A program made the translations under genes and the position numbers. Below the pieces are notes generated by a model, which was not told where the DNA came from, made no database searches, and saw nothing but the letters and a program-made list of their open reading frames with translations. 64,000 nt of DNA from Eledone cirrhosa (Eukaryota): positions 88,660,001 through 88,724,000 of the forward strand of contig OZ024741.1 of NCBI GenBank assembly GCA_964016885.1, given 5' to 3'. Every line of letters starts with the position of its first letter. The stretch's first letter is position 1. Below, piece after piece: positions 26,341-39,754 of the stretch.

Positions 26341-28260
26341 CACCATCATTTTTACGGCAATTTTTCCACGCTTGCATGGGTTGGACAGGTCCTTCTCAGC
26401 ATGGTATCTATTCACTCATTGCATTGCTTCATTTCTATCCTGTTTACAAATGTCCTCTATTTCACAACCATGCAGCATCCTGCTTTGCATGCAGCCGTCC
26501 TTTTGTATGTAGCGCGAAACCTTTTGTTGTCAATAGTGGGAGTAGCTCTCTAAACTTCTTCCATCCTATCCTTATTCTAGCTATTGTGCTCTCGGTACAC
26601 CCTCTTCCGCTACTAATTAAGTCACCTAGGTAGTAGAAGCTATCGACCACATCTATGGACCTTTCCTGTGATTGAAAAAGGTTTATATCACTGGCATTCT
26701 TCCTCATGATTACTCTTGTGGATCGTCTCCATGCAAAGTCCTCCCCTTCTCTTTAGTCTACTCATTATCCCACTACATCTTTTGTGTACCCAGGATTTAC
26801 ATGGTGTACATTGTATGGAGTTTATGCCTACTCCTTTTCTACATATTGAGCAGGGCCACTTCCCTGAAGGAATCTGGGTCCTATCATCTTTCCTACTTAC
26901 TAGCACTTTATTTTTGGCTAAGTTTACTCTCAGACTCTGTGATTCCGAATCCAATTTCCATAGTCAGAATTTATTTTCTAGTTCTTGTTTGGTTTCAGTT
27001 ATAAGGACCAAATCATCTGCAGAGAGAAGTTCCCATGGACAGCCTGTTTTAAATTCCTCTGCTATGGCCTGGAGAACTATGATGAACTGCAGTGGGCTAA
27101 GAACTGAACCTTAATAAATTCCTACCTGTACCTTGAATTCCTCACTGAACTAATTTCCTACTCTCCCTTTACTGACAGCTCCTCTGTACATAGCTTGCAC
27201 TGCTCTCACAAGCCATTCTTTTTCACCTAATTTCCTTAAGGATGACCAGATAATAGATTGAGGTACTCTATCAAAGGCCTTTTCTAGATCAACAAAAGCT
27301 AAATATAGTGGCTTATTTTTCTTTTGTAGTTGCCTCACTAAAACGAGAGCTCGTCAATATTTTGTCGAAGGTTATCACATAAGAATTTCTAGTTGTGCTC
27401 TACATTATAAGTATCTAGCTCATCATCCCTCCCATCAATTGCATGTCAAAGGTCCTTTCTAAACCTATATTTAACCGAAAGTTCCTTTAGCTTCCAAACC
27501 CTCTGTCTCCATATTTTCCTGCATGTCTTGTTCTGTCTTGTGTTTATTTTGATGTTACTAATAACTAACTTGTGCTGGGCAGTGCATTCTTCCCCAGGAA
27601 AGGCCTTAGTATTCATAACAGTCCATTTATCTCTTTGTCTTACAAGTAAGTAAGCAATTTGGCTTGTGTGTTCGCCTGATTGATATGAGATCAGATGATT
27701 AGCGGGTGTCATGAAATTTGTGTTGCAAATGATTCATTTGCGTCACAGAATTCCATGAATCCTAGTCCTTCTTTATTCCTTGAGCTATATATAACCATAG
27801 CTGCCATACACTCCACTGAATTCATCCTGATACTGTCCCACATGTCCATTGAAGTTGCTTTCCAAGATGCTGTCGCTTTCATCAGAACCTGTCCTTTTGT
27901 TCTTTACTCTGTCCTATCTGTGGAGCATAGTTAAATCTAATTGTCACCAGTCTATTTCCTACAGCTATTCTAAGCTTGATAATTCTGTCCCTTACTCTAA
28001 CTACCTCTATAACCTTATCTATCCATTTCTCAGCTAGTAAGATGCCTACATCCCCTATCCCATCGTCATTTCCTACCCAGTGGAGTTATATCTAAGTTGC
28101 TTGCCCATGATTAGTCTCGCTGAGGCATATATATACACACACCTCTCGCACACTATATATATAGGCCTGGGCTCCGCCAGGCTTAAAATGCCCAAGAAAC
28201 ACCTTGTGTCAATACGGCACCCCTACAACTCTATCAGGAGTTACGGGACCATACCATATA
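26341..28260 (-). mobile_element. Degraded, internally deleted PHD-type RTE LINE
   Basis: ORF fragments ISYQSGEHTSQIAYLLVR, KPLYLAFVDLEKAFDRVP, WPCSICRKGVGINSIQCTPCKSWVHKRCSG and VDSFYYLGDLISSGRGC. (CAT)-like tail at 26341. Confidence 0.88.
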
Positions 28261-29937
28261 TATATTTCTCTCTCTTTGGATGTAGCTAATTAGACAACAT
28301 TTGCACCATTGTCCCAAAACCTAGTTCTTTATTGTCAAAACATTGATGTCTTAAGCATGATGTTCACAATGTTGGGAGTTCTTTGAGGATGATTGGACTG
28401 TCATAATGAGCATGTGCAGTGATAACTTTTGTACACTTCTTGATTGCTTCTGTTCTTTAGCCATAGGCCAGACCAGAAATATGAACTAATTAAAAGCATT
28501 CCAATCACAATGATTCTGTCTATTTAGAACGTAACAAGGAGATCATTACCCAGTGGACCCTTCTCTTTCTTTAATGTGGTTGTGTAAATTTTAGGAAGAT
28601 TTGGCTGCTAATTTTAGCAAGTTGAGTGACCATGCAAAGGCTTGTTATTTGGCTTACTGTGATGGTTGCTGAAGATGTTGTGTAACTCCAGATCAGGTGT
28701 ATGGCCCTCAAATCTTTCCAGATATAACATGTCTCCATTAAGGTGAAGACTCTATTGTACACTGTTATCAAATATTTAATTGTATTTTGATGTAAATTTG
28801 GTAAAAAAGGTGCCAATTGTAGTGGGAGTAGGGAGCAATCTTAACCCTTTCCATGCCAAACTACCTGAAACCAACCCTGTCTTCTTTATATAAAGCTGTT
28901 GATTTTAAAGAGTTTGTCATTATCATCATCACCATCATATTCATTTATCTAAAAACAATTCCATCATAGTTTTCTGTAAGAAGCTTTGTTAAGTTATGTC
29001 CCCCAAACCAGCTTTTGAGAAACTGAGAAACTCAGTCATTTTATTAATTATTTGAAAAACATTGGCAGTGTCTTTCATTGAGGGTTAATGGTGGTAGTAG
29101 AGCTAATGATGGACACAGGAGGAGAGTCACAAATGGAGACTGACAATGTCAATGAACAATAAAGAAAGAGTTTGGTATTATTTTGGCCAGGGTAGGTGTT
29201 GATACCTATAGAGGTAGGGTTGGAATGGCTGCAATGAAGATGAGCCTTCAGGATGGTGATGCAGATGGTGATGATGGTGATGATGATGATGATAATGATG
29301 ATGGCAGTGATGATGATGATGATGAGGAGGAGGAGGAGGAAGAGGAAGAAGAGAAATGTATGTTGGTGTGGGTGATGAAATGGGTAGGATGTTGCAATGT
29401 GAGAAGGCTTGATGTAGGATACACAGCAGGGTATTAATAAAGGATGGGTGAGAGGGTTAGGTCGGGTATGGGGGGGGGGGGGAGAGAAAAGTATAGAACT
29501 ACTGATGCTGTATTTTGCATTGCTATCTTTCTTCCACTATTTCTATATATAACATATAATGTGTATGTGTGTATATATATATATAGAGAGAGAGAGAGAT
29601 AGAGAGATAAATAAATAGATAGATAGTTACATAGAATATGCAAATAGCTATACACATATGGTATTTAGATACATAATACACATGTGTATATATATGCCTA
29701 TATATGTATAAATTTGTGCATGTATATATGATATGCTCATGTGTAAAGTGTGTGTCCTACGATTCCAAATGATTTTTAGAAAAGGAAATACAACCAGTCC
29801 CTTAAGAATCATTAATTTAACTTTATAAATGAAAATATATCCACTCTCCTCTTTGTACTGAGTACTTTCCTTAAACTGTCTTTATCTTCATGTTAAATGG
29901 GGAAAATAAATCATATACATATATAAATATATAATGT

Positions 29938-30185
29938 GAAGGAGCATAGCTTTGTGGTTACGGTAAGGTTGTGAGTTCGATTCCTGTGTGTGAGTTGTGT
30001 CGTTGAGCAAGACACTTTATTTCATGTTGCTTCAGTCCCCTCATCTGACAGAAATGAGTTGTACCTGTAATGGCCAGCCTTGTCACATGCTGTCCCACAC
30101 TGAATCTCTCTAAGAATTAAGTGCCTGTGGAATACTCAGCCACTTTCATGTTAATTTCACGAGCAGGCTGTTTTGTTGATTATAT
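29938..30185 (+). mobile_element. tRNA/CORE-like SINE, tail type 2
   Basis: gaaggagcatagctttgtggtta...gagttcgattcc...gttgagcaagacactttatttc, followed by a tail unlike those at 6725 or 58056. Confidence 0.7.
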
Positions 30186-30197
30186 CTTCCATGCTAG

Positions 30198-30418
30198 CAT
30201 GGGTTAGACGGGAATTGTCCCACTTGAGGCAAGACTGGTCAGGTGACCGTGTCTTGCTCGTATTAGAACTATCTGACAGGTTTTCTATGGCTGGATGCCC
30301 TGGTTGGTGTTAGGAAGGGCATCCAGCTGTAGAAAACCTGCCAGATAGTCCTAAATGAGCAAGACACGGTCGCCTGACCAGTCTTGCCTCAAGTGGGACA
30401 ATTCCCGTTCAACCCATG
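30198..30418. repeat. Fold-back of RTE 3' UTR (about 103-bp arms, 14-nt loop)
   Basis: Arm 30198-30301 is the reverse complement of 30316-30418 with scattered mismatches. Both 3' ends point outward. Confidence 0.9.
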
Positions 30419-30770
30419 ATATATTATATATATAATATATATTATATATATAATATATATATATATAATATATATAAATATATTATATATATAATATATT
30501 ATATATATAATATATATATATATATTATATATATAATATGTATATATATTATATTGATAATATATATATATATATATATTATATATATAATATATATATA
30601 TATATTATATATATAATATGTATATATATTATATTGATAATATATATATAATATATATATATTATATATATAATATATATATCATACATATATATATTAT
30701 ATATATAAGATATATATATATATTATATATATATAATATATATATTATATATATAATATATATATTATAT
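30419..30770. repeat. Complex (TA)n/(TATAA) microsatellite, about 350 bp
   Basis: Almost pure A/T. A similar tract lies at 35362-35523. Confidence 0.97.
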
Positions 30771-30771
30771 G

Positions 30772-33700
30772 TATCATCATCATCATCGTTTAACGTCCAT
30801 CTTCCACGCTAGCATGGGTTTGGACGGGAATGTTCCCACTTGAGGCAAGATTAGTTGTCTTGCTCGTATAGGACTGTCTGGCGGGTTTTCTACGGCTGGA
30901 TGCCCTTCCTAACACCAACCACGTTTACAGTGTGGACTGGGAGGTTTTTACCGTGTTACCTACACGGCCACATTACAGCGTGGACTGTGTGTTTTTTTGT
31001 CGTGACACCTACATGACCTCATTTATTTAGGACTGGATGTTATGGTACCAACATAACTTTACATCGAAAGGGGTGGTGTGGAAGGGGTGGGACGAGGGTG
31101 TATTTTGGTAAAAGGTGCCTACTGACTGTAGGTTTCAGTTTGCACTTAGGCAAGGCGGGTCTTCTGTATTACTGCGTAGCGCCAAAGATCTCGGTCCAGT
31201 GACATTGTCTTGGAGAGGTGTAAGTGTGTGAGGTCGGAATTTATGAAGTCGTCCCAGGTTTTTCTGGGTCTGCCTACTCCGTGGCTACCGTCTATTTTGA
31301 TCGCCCTGCACGTTTTTATACAGCTGTCGTTTTTCATGCGCATCACGTGACCATACCAACGTAGTCTTCTCTCGAGTAAACAGCATCTGATCCCTCTTAT
31401 TCCTAATTTCTCACTTAGTTCATTTATGCTTTGCCATCCAACGGAGCATGCAAGCTTCGTTCCTCTCCAGTCTGCGTATATCCTCTGCACACAATGCCCA
31501 GGTCTCACTGCCATTTAACATTGCTGTTCGTATGCAGGCATCATACAGCCTGCCTTTCATTTTTAGAGAGAAACCTTTAGCGGCCAATAGTGGTATAAGC
31601 TCTCTGAACTTTTAAAATCCCGTTCTGACTGTAGCTACTGTACTTTCAGATCACCATCCACCACTGCTGATTTTGTCACCCAGGTAACAGAAGGTGTCCA
31701 CTATTTCTATAGAACCATCTGTGCAATGGAATGAGCTAGTATTCTGTGGGCACTTGCTGCTACTTATTGCACCTGAGCACCGGCCACATATAAAATCTAT
31801 ATTCTTAGTTAGCTTACCTGTGATCCCACTACATCTTTTATGCACCCATACTTTGCATTTGGGACATAGTTTCTGCCTGCTCCTTTCCTACACAGTGAGC
31901 ATGGCCATTTCCCAGATGGGACCAGTGCCCTATTTTCCTTCCTATATACTAGAACTTTAGTCTTAGACAGGTTAATTTTAAGGTCTTTTGATTCTAGGCC
32001 ATGCTTCCATGTTTGGAATTTCTTCTCTAGTTCAGCCATTGATTCAGCTATAAGCGTTAGATCATCAGTGTACAGGAGTTCCCATGGGCAGCCGGTCTTG
32101 AACTCCTCTGTTATAGCCTGAAGGGCAATAATAAATAGGAGGGGGCTAAGGACGGAGCCCTGATGAACACCAACTTTTACGCTAAACTCTTCACTATATT
32201 TGTTGTTAATTCTAACCTTGCTGACTGTTTCTTTATACATGGCTTGTATAGCTCTCACAAGCCATTCATCAACACCTAGTTTTCTGAGAGCCGACCAGAT
32301 AATGAGACGTGGGACTCTGTCAAAGGCTTTCTCAAAGTCAACAAAAGCTAAGTATAGGGGTTTACTTTTAGCTAGGTACTTCTCCTGTAGTTGTTGTACA
32401 ATGAAAAGAGCGTCTGTGGTACTTTTACCTGACACAAACCCGGACTGCATTTCATCCAGATTACTTCGCTCTCTGATTAGTTGCGCTATTACTTTTTCTG
32501 TGACCTTCATGACCTGGTCAATTAATTTAATGCCTCTATAGTTTCCCCTATCTAGGGCATCTCCTTTACCCTTGTAGCAGGTAATGATGATGCTGCTACG
32601 CCAGTCTTTCGGTATGACCCCATTCTGTATTACTTGGTTAACTATACGGGTGACCATAGTGTGTCCCACCATACCAGATGCTTTCAGCATTTCAGCAACT
32701 ATTTCCGAAGGCCTAGCCGCCTTGCCCGTCTTCATATCTTTGATTGCCTTACTTATTATACTACCTTCAACTTGTACTGCTGGTCCCTCTATTGGATCGA
32801 TGTGTGGGAGACTGTCTTTCTCCCATTTATTCTCCTCATTTAGTAGCCTTTCGTAGTGACACTTCCAAGCTACCTTCTTATCAGCGTCAGTGATGGCAAG
32901 TACACCATCATCATTAAGGGCACACTTCTCTCCGACAATATCACAGTTTTCCTTGACACATTGCCTAGTAATCCTGAACACCTCACATTTTAGGTCCTCG
33001 CGTTGTAGAACATGCTTGAACTTTCTTTCCTCTGCTTCCTTTCTTGCGAAGTACACTTGTCTCCTAGCTTCCCTCCTGGCCACTTGATAGTCTTCTCTAC
33101 TTCCCCCATCCTGCCATACTTTCCAAGCCTGCTTTTTGGCCTTGATTGACTCCTCCAGCTTACTGTTCCACCACCACGTTACTCTCCTCCTGCCTATAGG
33201 TCTGCTCCAGCCACAGATTTCATCTGTCACCTTCACCAGGTTAGCTTTCAGGAATTCCCACTGTTCCGACTCTAATTGCTCTTCCTTACTGTCAAAAGCA
33301 TCAAGTAATATGCTTTTAAATTTATTACTGGCTGTGGGGTCCTTTAGCTTCCATATTTTTCTCCTGAGGATAGTCGTCCTCTGTTGTCGAGTATGTCTTG
33401 TCCTGACTATCATCACCATTCATCATCATTTCATTTTACGTCCACTTTTCCCTGCTTGCAAGGGTGGGACGGGAACTGATTCTGGCTTGATTTCTACAGC
33501 TCGATGCCCTTCCTAACACCAACCTCATTTACAGTGAGTGCAGGGTGCTTTTTTGCCGTGGCACCTCCACGACCACTTTGCAGTGGAATGATAGGGACCC
33601 CAGTCCCTATCATCTCATTTCTACAGCTGAGTAAACTGGAGCAATGTGAAATAAAGTGTCTTGCTCAAGGAAACAACACATCATCCGGTCTGAGAATTGA

Positions 33701-35362
33701 ACTCACAACCTTTCGATTGCAAGGCCAATGCTCTAACCACTAAGCCATGTGCCTCTATGAGGTCGCTAACTATGAGTCTATGTTGGGAGGTGCATTCTTC
33801 ATGGGAGAGGGATTTAGTGTTTACAACAGACACTCTGTCACGTCTTCTGGTAAGGATGTAATCTATCTGACTGGCGATCAAGTGATTGTCTCGTTTTTTG
33901 AAGTTAGTGTTACAGATAGTTAGGTTATTTGCGTCACAGAATTCCAGGATTCTGGAGCCTTCCTCATTTCTAGTACCAAACCCATAGCCTCCATGGATTC
34001 TGTCATAGCCGTCACAATGTTGTCCAACGTGACCATTTAGGTTGCCAGCAAAAATTATGTAGTCACTGTCGTTTATTTGGGAGGTAGTAAGCATTAATGA
34101 CTCATAGAATCTGTCTTTTATAACACAAGGCAGTCCGGATTGGGGTGCGTACGCAGATATTATTGTCACAGTAGTTCTATTTAGGACAAGTCTTATTTTA
34201 ATTATTCTGTCGTTCACTCTATTTACGTCTATTATCTTATCTGCCCATTTTTCTGCTAGCATGATTCCTACTCCACTCAGCCCATTGTCATTTCCCACCC
34301 AGAAAAGCTTATAGCATCGTTTTTTACCCACAATGAATCTAGCAGACCCACCCCTCCACCTGGTCTCTTGGATACAGCAAACATCAACCTCCTTACGTTC
34401 AAGCATTTCTACAATCTCGTTAGAGCGACCTTTTAAGGTGCCTACATTCATGGTACCAACTCTGAAGTTTTGGATTGCGTTTGGTGGGTGGGAACGGTGG
34501 GGCGCAGGGAGAGGGGAGGGAGATGGGGTTATGTTGGCCATTCGCAGCCGAAATAAAGAGGAGTCCTTGCATTCTCGTCCGGCAGCATGAGGTGAATTTG
34601 TCTTTATCTTTGGCATTGTCAGTGAGTGTCCAGATTTTTCAGACTCTCCAGAATTCCGTAGTCCATCCATCATATTGAAAGACAACCAAGTCTAAACTTA
34701 AGAAGTGATAGCATAGGCCGCTGACTTATGATGGGTCCATAATGGTGGCGAGTGGAGGTTGGTGGGATGGGTATGGGGTAGTTAGCGAGAAGGTTTAAAT
34801 AAAATCCTCGAATTTTGGCCATAATTGAACAAGCATATAACAGTAATAAGAGCAGAATTATGGGATTTTAAAATACAAGAAGATTATTTTGAACAATCAG
34901 ACAGAATTATAGAATAGCATTGAAAAAAAGCAAAGATTGGTATCTGGACGATGATACAGATAGATGAATGGACCGGGGGAAGATGGAGAGAAGAGAAAAA
35001 AATAGCATTGTACATTACATTTCACAGAGGAGCGAGCGAGCGGTCTAGCCAATAATAAGGGATTGACAAATTCTGAGTTTCGTACCTCGCAACAGGTTTA
35101 TTTTATATTTGGAGAGAGAACCAGCAGGCGCGTATACGATATATAGGGGGGGGGGGGATAGGAGGGAGCAGGAAGGTTATTTGATAAAATCCTAGAATTT
35201 CGGCCATAATTAAACAAACGAGAAGGTTATTTTAGAAAACGAGCGAGGAGGTTATAAAATAATCTATGGGGTAGTTAGCAAGAAGGTTTAAATAAAATCC
35301 TCGAATTTTGGGCATAATTGAATAAGCATATAACAGTAATAAGAGAAGAATTATAGGATTTT
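30772..35362 (-). mobile_element. Near full-length RTE LINE (subfamily A), inactivated, with probable 5' UTR
   Basis: APE (RVGTMNVGTL, VCCIQETRW, AYAPQ) at 33760-34685. RT (DFEKAFDRVP, HQGSVLSPLLF, YTDD) at 31809-33410. PHD finger and (GAT)n tail at 30772-30790. Contains deletions, frameshifts and a SINE insertion. The extent of the 5' UTR (34690-35362) is inferred. Confidence 0.93.
33411..33755 (-). mobile_element. tRNA/CORE-like SINE with RTE-derived tail, inserted into the RTE ORF
   Basis: Near-identical to 58056-58394. It splits gtcctgactat|gaggtcgct with a short tat duplication (compare the uninterrupted 47591-47610). Confidence 0.93.
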
Positions 35363-35524
35363 ATATATATATATATATATAATATATATAATATATATAT
35401 TATATGTATAATATATATATATATTATATGTATAATATATATATTATATATATATAATTATATATATATATTATATATATATTATATATATATATATTAT
35501 ATATATAATATATATATATATTAT

Positions 35525-35845
35525 GGTGGTTTGGCAGTATCGGTAGAGGGTCGGACGCCATGTTTTGCAGCACAGAGTTACGCCCCTTTCTGATCTGAGT
35601 TCAAATCCTGCCGAGGTTAACTTTGCTTTCATCCTTACGGAGTCGATAAAATAAAGTACCAGTAATGTACTGGGATAATTGCTTGCCTTGTGCCAAATGT
35701 AGAAACAATTATATATATTATATATATAATTGTCTCTACTTTTGGCACAAGGCCAGCAATTATCCCAGTGTATTACTGGTATTTTATTTTATCGACCTCG
35801 TAAAGATGAAAGGCAAATTAACCTCGGCGGGATTTGAACTCAGCC
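35525..35845. mobile_element. Tail-to-tail inverted SINE pair around a (TA) tract
   Basis: Plus copy 35525-35712 (full head ggtggtttggcagtatcggtagag, B-box gagttcaaatcc). Minus copy 35728-35845. Confidence 0.88.
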
Positions 35846-36437
35846 CATAAATGTGTGTGTATGTGTGTATATATATATATATATATACAGGGCATAGTAT
35901 TCAATTGACTTCCACACAAATTTTGTTGCAGTGGTCATCCTGCGGCTATAGTAGAAAACATTTGGTCAAGGCACCAAGCATTAGCATCAAACCCAAAACC
36001 AATGCAATTATGACTGTATTTATATATATTATATGCATTTGTGAAAAACAACCTAGGACATCTGAGCTAAAAGTGAAATGATGCTAGTTTTCAGATTCTA
36101 AAAGTATTTTGTTAGCTAAGGGAAAAATGGAATGGAATTGAATGGACTTTGAATGGTTTTGATGATGAATGTTCCAATTGTTTGAGCAACAGGACAGCCT
36201 GTTTGTGAAATTAATGTGTAAATGGTTGGCCATTCTACAAACACATGTATTCTTAATGTAATTTTCATGGAGATCAACATGATACAGTGTGACTAGCCTG
36301 TCCCTCTGACAGGCTGCCAAATAGTTTTAGGAGAATTATAAAAAATCACCAACAATTGGTACTTATTTTAAACTCATTGAAGCCATAGCAGATATTTACA
36401 TCAGCCTTTATGTAATTGATGGTTGACACTTGCTTAA

Positions 36438-36657
36438 CCCTTTAGCATTCACATTACTCTATATATACTATTATATTTTCATGGTAAATGCTTTATCTCA
36501 CATAATTATCTGACATAATATTGAATCTATGAGATTTTAAAAGTATTTATTTTGAGAAAAATACCTTAACATCAGTTTGAGTGACCAGTTACAGCCAGTT
36601 TCAACAGAAAAAGGTAGAGAATTCTGGCTGATTTGGGCCGGTTTGAACATTAAAGGG
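36438..36657. mobile_element. TTAA MITE family 1 (intact reference copy)
   Basis: TTAA|ccctttagcattc...gaacattaaaggg|TTAA. Other copies at 55437-55644 (nested in a family-2 MITE) and 57258-57471. Confidence 0.85.
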
Positions 36658-37104
36658 TTAAACAAATTTGCAACAAAAAGTAGCCAGTCAAGGTGGTAGT
36701 GCTGGTAACATGAGAAACAGCACCCAGTCCAACCTGTGAGGTGGTTGAACTGGTGCACCAACAAAAGGCACCCAGTCCACCTTATAAGGTGTTAGTGTTG
36801 GTGCCATAAAAAAGAAAACTCTCAGAAAACCAAGCCAAAGATAATGCCGATCTATCAAACTTCATAACATGACAGCCTGTCTAACCTATGCAATGGGACA
36901 TATGCAAGTCCCATAACTTGCATATGTCCCAGGAGCTGATGAATTTGCTCCTCCAGTATTTCACTTCCCTTTATATATGATGGCTGCAAACTCTGCTAAA
37001 AGTATTGCAATCGCTTGAAAGATTATAGAGTTTGGTGCACTTTTAGGCTACAGCCAGCCACACGAACCTGTAACATATCCTCAACAAGCAATACCTGTGT
37101 TTTA

Positions 37105-37580
37105 TATATCTATCTATCTATCTAGGGCGGGTAAAATTCCCGAGATCCATGGACGAGTTGTCTCCAGCGGTCTCTGTCCCCCATTATCGCTGCCATGTCC
37201 TGCGTCTCCAACAAACCAGTGTCTGTCCTTAGGGCATCAACATACGTTAACCTTGGTCTTCCTCTTCCAGTGTGTCCATGCAGGGGATCCCACAGGAGCA
37301 CTGAGTGCAGTGTCAACTCTGAATGTCCGGTGAACATGTCCAGCTTACCTCAGTCACTTACCTGTGTCACTTTTGAGCTGACTTTTGGGAGGCTCCCATA
37401 CAGTTCTGAGTTTTTCATCCTCAGTGTATACTGATTAATGTTCAGAGCCATCCTCAGTATTCTCGTGTAGCACCCATCCATCATCTGAGTGAGTTTCTTG
37501 GTCAGTGTCCAAGTCTCAGACCCGTACAGCAGCACAGACTCCACTACAGCAATGAAGAGGCGGATCTTCAGGTCTTCACG
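37105..37580 (-). mobile_element. 5'-truncated RTE-like LINE of a different family, with (TAGA)n tail
   Basis: ESVLLYGSETWTLTK...DGCYTRILRMALNI and GRGRPRLTYVDAL...DRDRWRQLV. The stop is followed directly by tagatagataga. Confidence 0.88.
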
Positions 37581-38215
37581 ATATATATATTATACATACA
37601 CACATACCAACATTTCTTTCAAACAATAGTTCTATTTTATAATGAAGTGAAGGATTTAGTACATCTGTACAAAACTTTAGGGTTGGTTTTATATTTTCTA
37701 CAACCCTGGTTTCCTATTTTTGTGAGGGAATTTTATTCTTATTTTCAATTTCTATGGGTGACATTTTGAAGTGCTTCCCCATCTTCGTCATTTCAATGAA
37801 ATGACCATTCCAACAATGTTCTTTGTCTCATGAGAATTCTTGTTACTGGGAATGGTACATTTCTGAACATTCCTCTTCATCTCAGGGGGGACATATTATT
37901 TGCATTGGTGATAAACTGCTTTTATTTTCCATTTTCATGACATTGTCTTGCATAAAAAGGATTTGGGGGCCAGTTCAACATGTACGTGTGTGTGTGCACG
38001 TGCATGTGCATGCGTGTGTGTGTGTGTTAGAGCAAGGAGAATAGTCATATGATGATGGTGTTGAGTACATCTTTCTGATATTCACCTGTAATATTTTGAA
38101 ATATTTATCTACAGATTTAGAATATCTCAATTTCTGAAGAAAGGGTGAAAGTAGAGATTCTGTGTTCAAACTTATAATCTGTTCAAATAAATCAACCAAT
38201 CAATCATTATATAAA

Positions 38216-38795
38216 CTAGCAGAAAAGCTCCCTTCAGGTGGTTTTCTGCTAGTATGTGTAGTGTGTATATTGGTATTATACGCAAATATATATGCATGTA
38301 GATATGATACGTCAAATGAAATCGTTATTGACAATATGCACAAAAATTGAATGAAGTCTGTGTTACACTCTCTTCTCTAATCAGTAAAGTAATCTATGAT
38401 ACATTAATAGAAGACAATATTATATATAAACAGCATATATAATAAACTAAAATGTTATGTAAATGAAAAAGGAGAAAATTAGCAACGGAATTATAAAACT
38501 TATATAACAATGCAAATATATGAATGTTTATATAAGCGATGTAATAAGTGTTATAATATAATGGCCGCTAACCGGAAGTGTTGACATTTGAAAATTTTAA
38601 AGAAGTGAATCTTAAAATAAGCAACACTTTATATATAAGAATATTTATGTTTAATCAAGAGCTACGAAATTTAGTAGATAAATTACATAATATTCATTCA
38701 TTATTTATTCAAAGTAATCCAACTTATTTTACTAACGGGCTAAAAAAATATAAAATGGACGCTGTCTCGCACTCATCCCTTTATTATATTATGGA
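38216..38795 (-). mobile_element. Non-autonomous Helitron-like element
   Basis: Minus strand starts A|TCCATAATATAATAAAGG and ends ttttctgCTAG|T within a hairpin (38215-38226/38242-38253). Shares ggaagtgttgacatttgaaaattttaaagaagtgaat with the 8205-9820 Helitron (about 8372-8408, opposite strand). Confidence 0.65.
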
Positions 38796-38899
38796 TATAT
38801 ATAGGGAAAAATGATTTCAGAAATGATTTCAGAAACTTGTACTGGCTCTAAGTTCAAATCTCATCATGACGAACTCTCTTTTTTTTCTTCTTTTCCTTT

Positions 38900-38964
<65 letters not shown>

Positions 38965-39722
38965 AAAATAAAAGTTTTGGGAGGTAAATTGACAGTATTA
39001 TTAGAATGTCAAATGGAATACCTCACAGTATTTGCTCTAGCCCTTGTCTTTTGAGTTCAAATCCTGCTGTAATCTACTTCGTGTGTTATACTACCCAGCA
39101 TAACACATCACTGACTCTCAAGTACCCTTAGTAGAGTCCACTTTATTGTATGCATTTGGGTCAAGTTTACACTCTTCCTCCCATCAGTTTTGGAGGTTCA
39201 GAAAATGGTTATGGGCATTATCCCTATTCCCTGACCTAGCAGTAAAAAAATTTTTAAAAGTGTGATTTGTGGAATACTTAGTTACTATTTTTAGTAGATC
39301 GAGCGGCCACATAGGTTTCCAGGTTGGCTATCAAATCTGAAATTGTTCACCTCTGCACCAACATCACCAACTGACAGACAAAAGAAACTACAAGGCTATT
39401 TATTGTATAACAGGTTAGAAACATGCTGATGTAAGAAAGACAGACATAAGACACAGCTGTTGCTATTAACCACATCCTAGTATTAAACATGAGGTTCCTT
39501 TAACTTTTAACCCTCCTCTTCCTTTTTAAAATCATATTTTATTGAGAAAAATTTTCAGACAAAGACATGAATAATTGTGTGAGACATTTAAAAAAATTTA
39601 TCACTTCTACATTACATACTAATGGTTGTTTTAGCAAAGCAGATAACATGGCAGATATATTATGTATGTGTTTACACACACACATGTACGTATGTGTGTG
39701 AGTGTGTAAGTATGTATAATGC

Positions 39723-39754
<32 letters not shown>

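Noticed and set aside
28571-28816. ORF weakly resembling a LINE RT N-terminal region
   Set aside because: No diagnostic motif.
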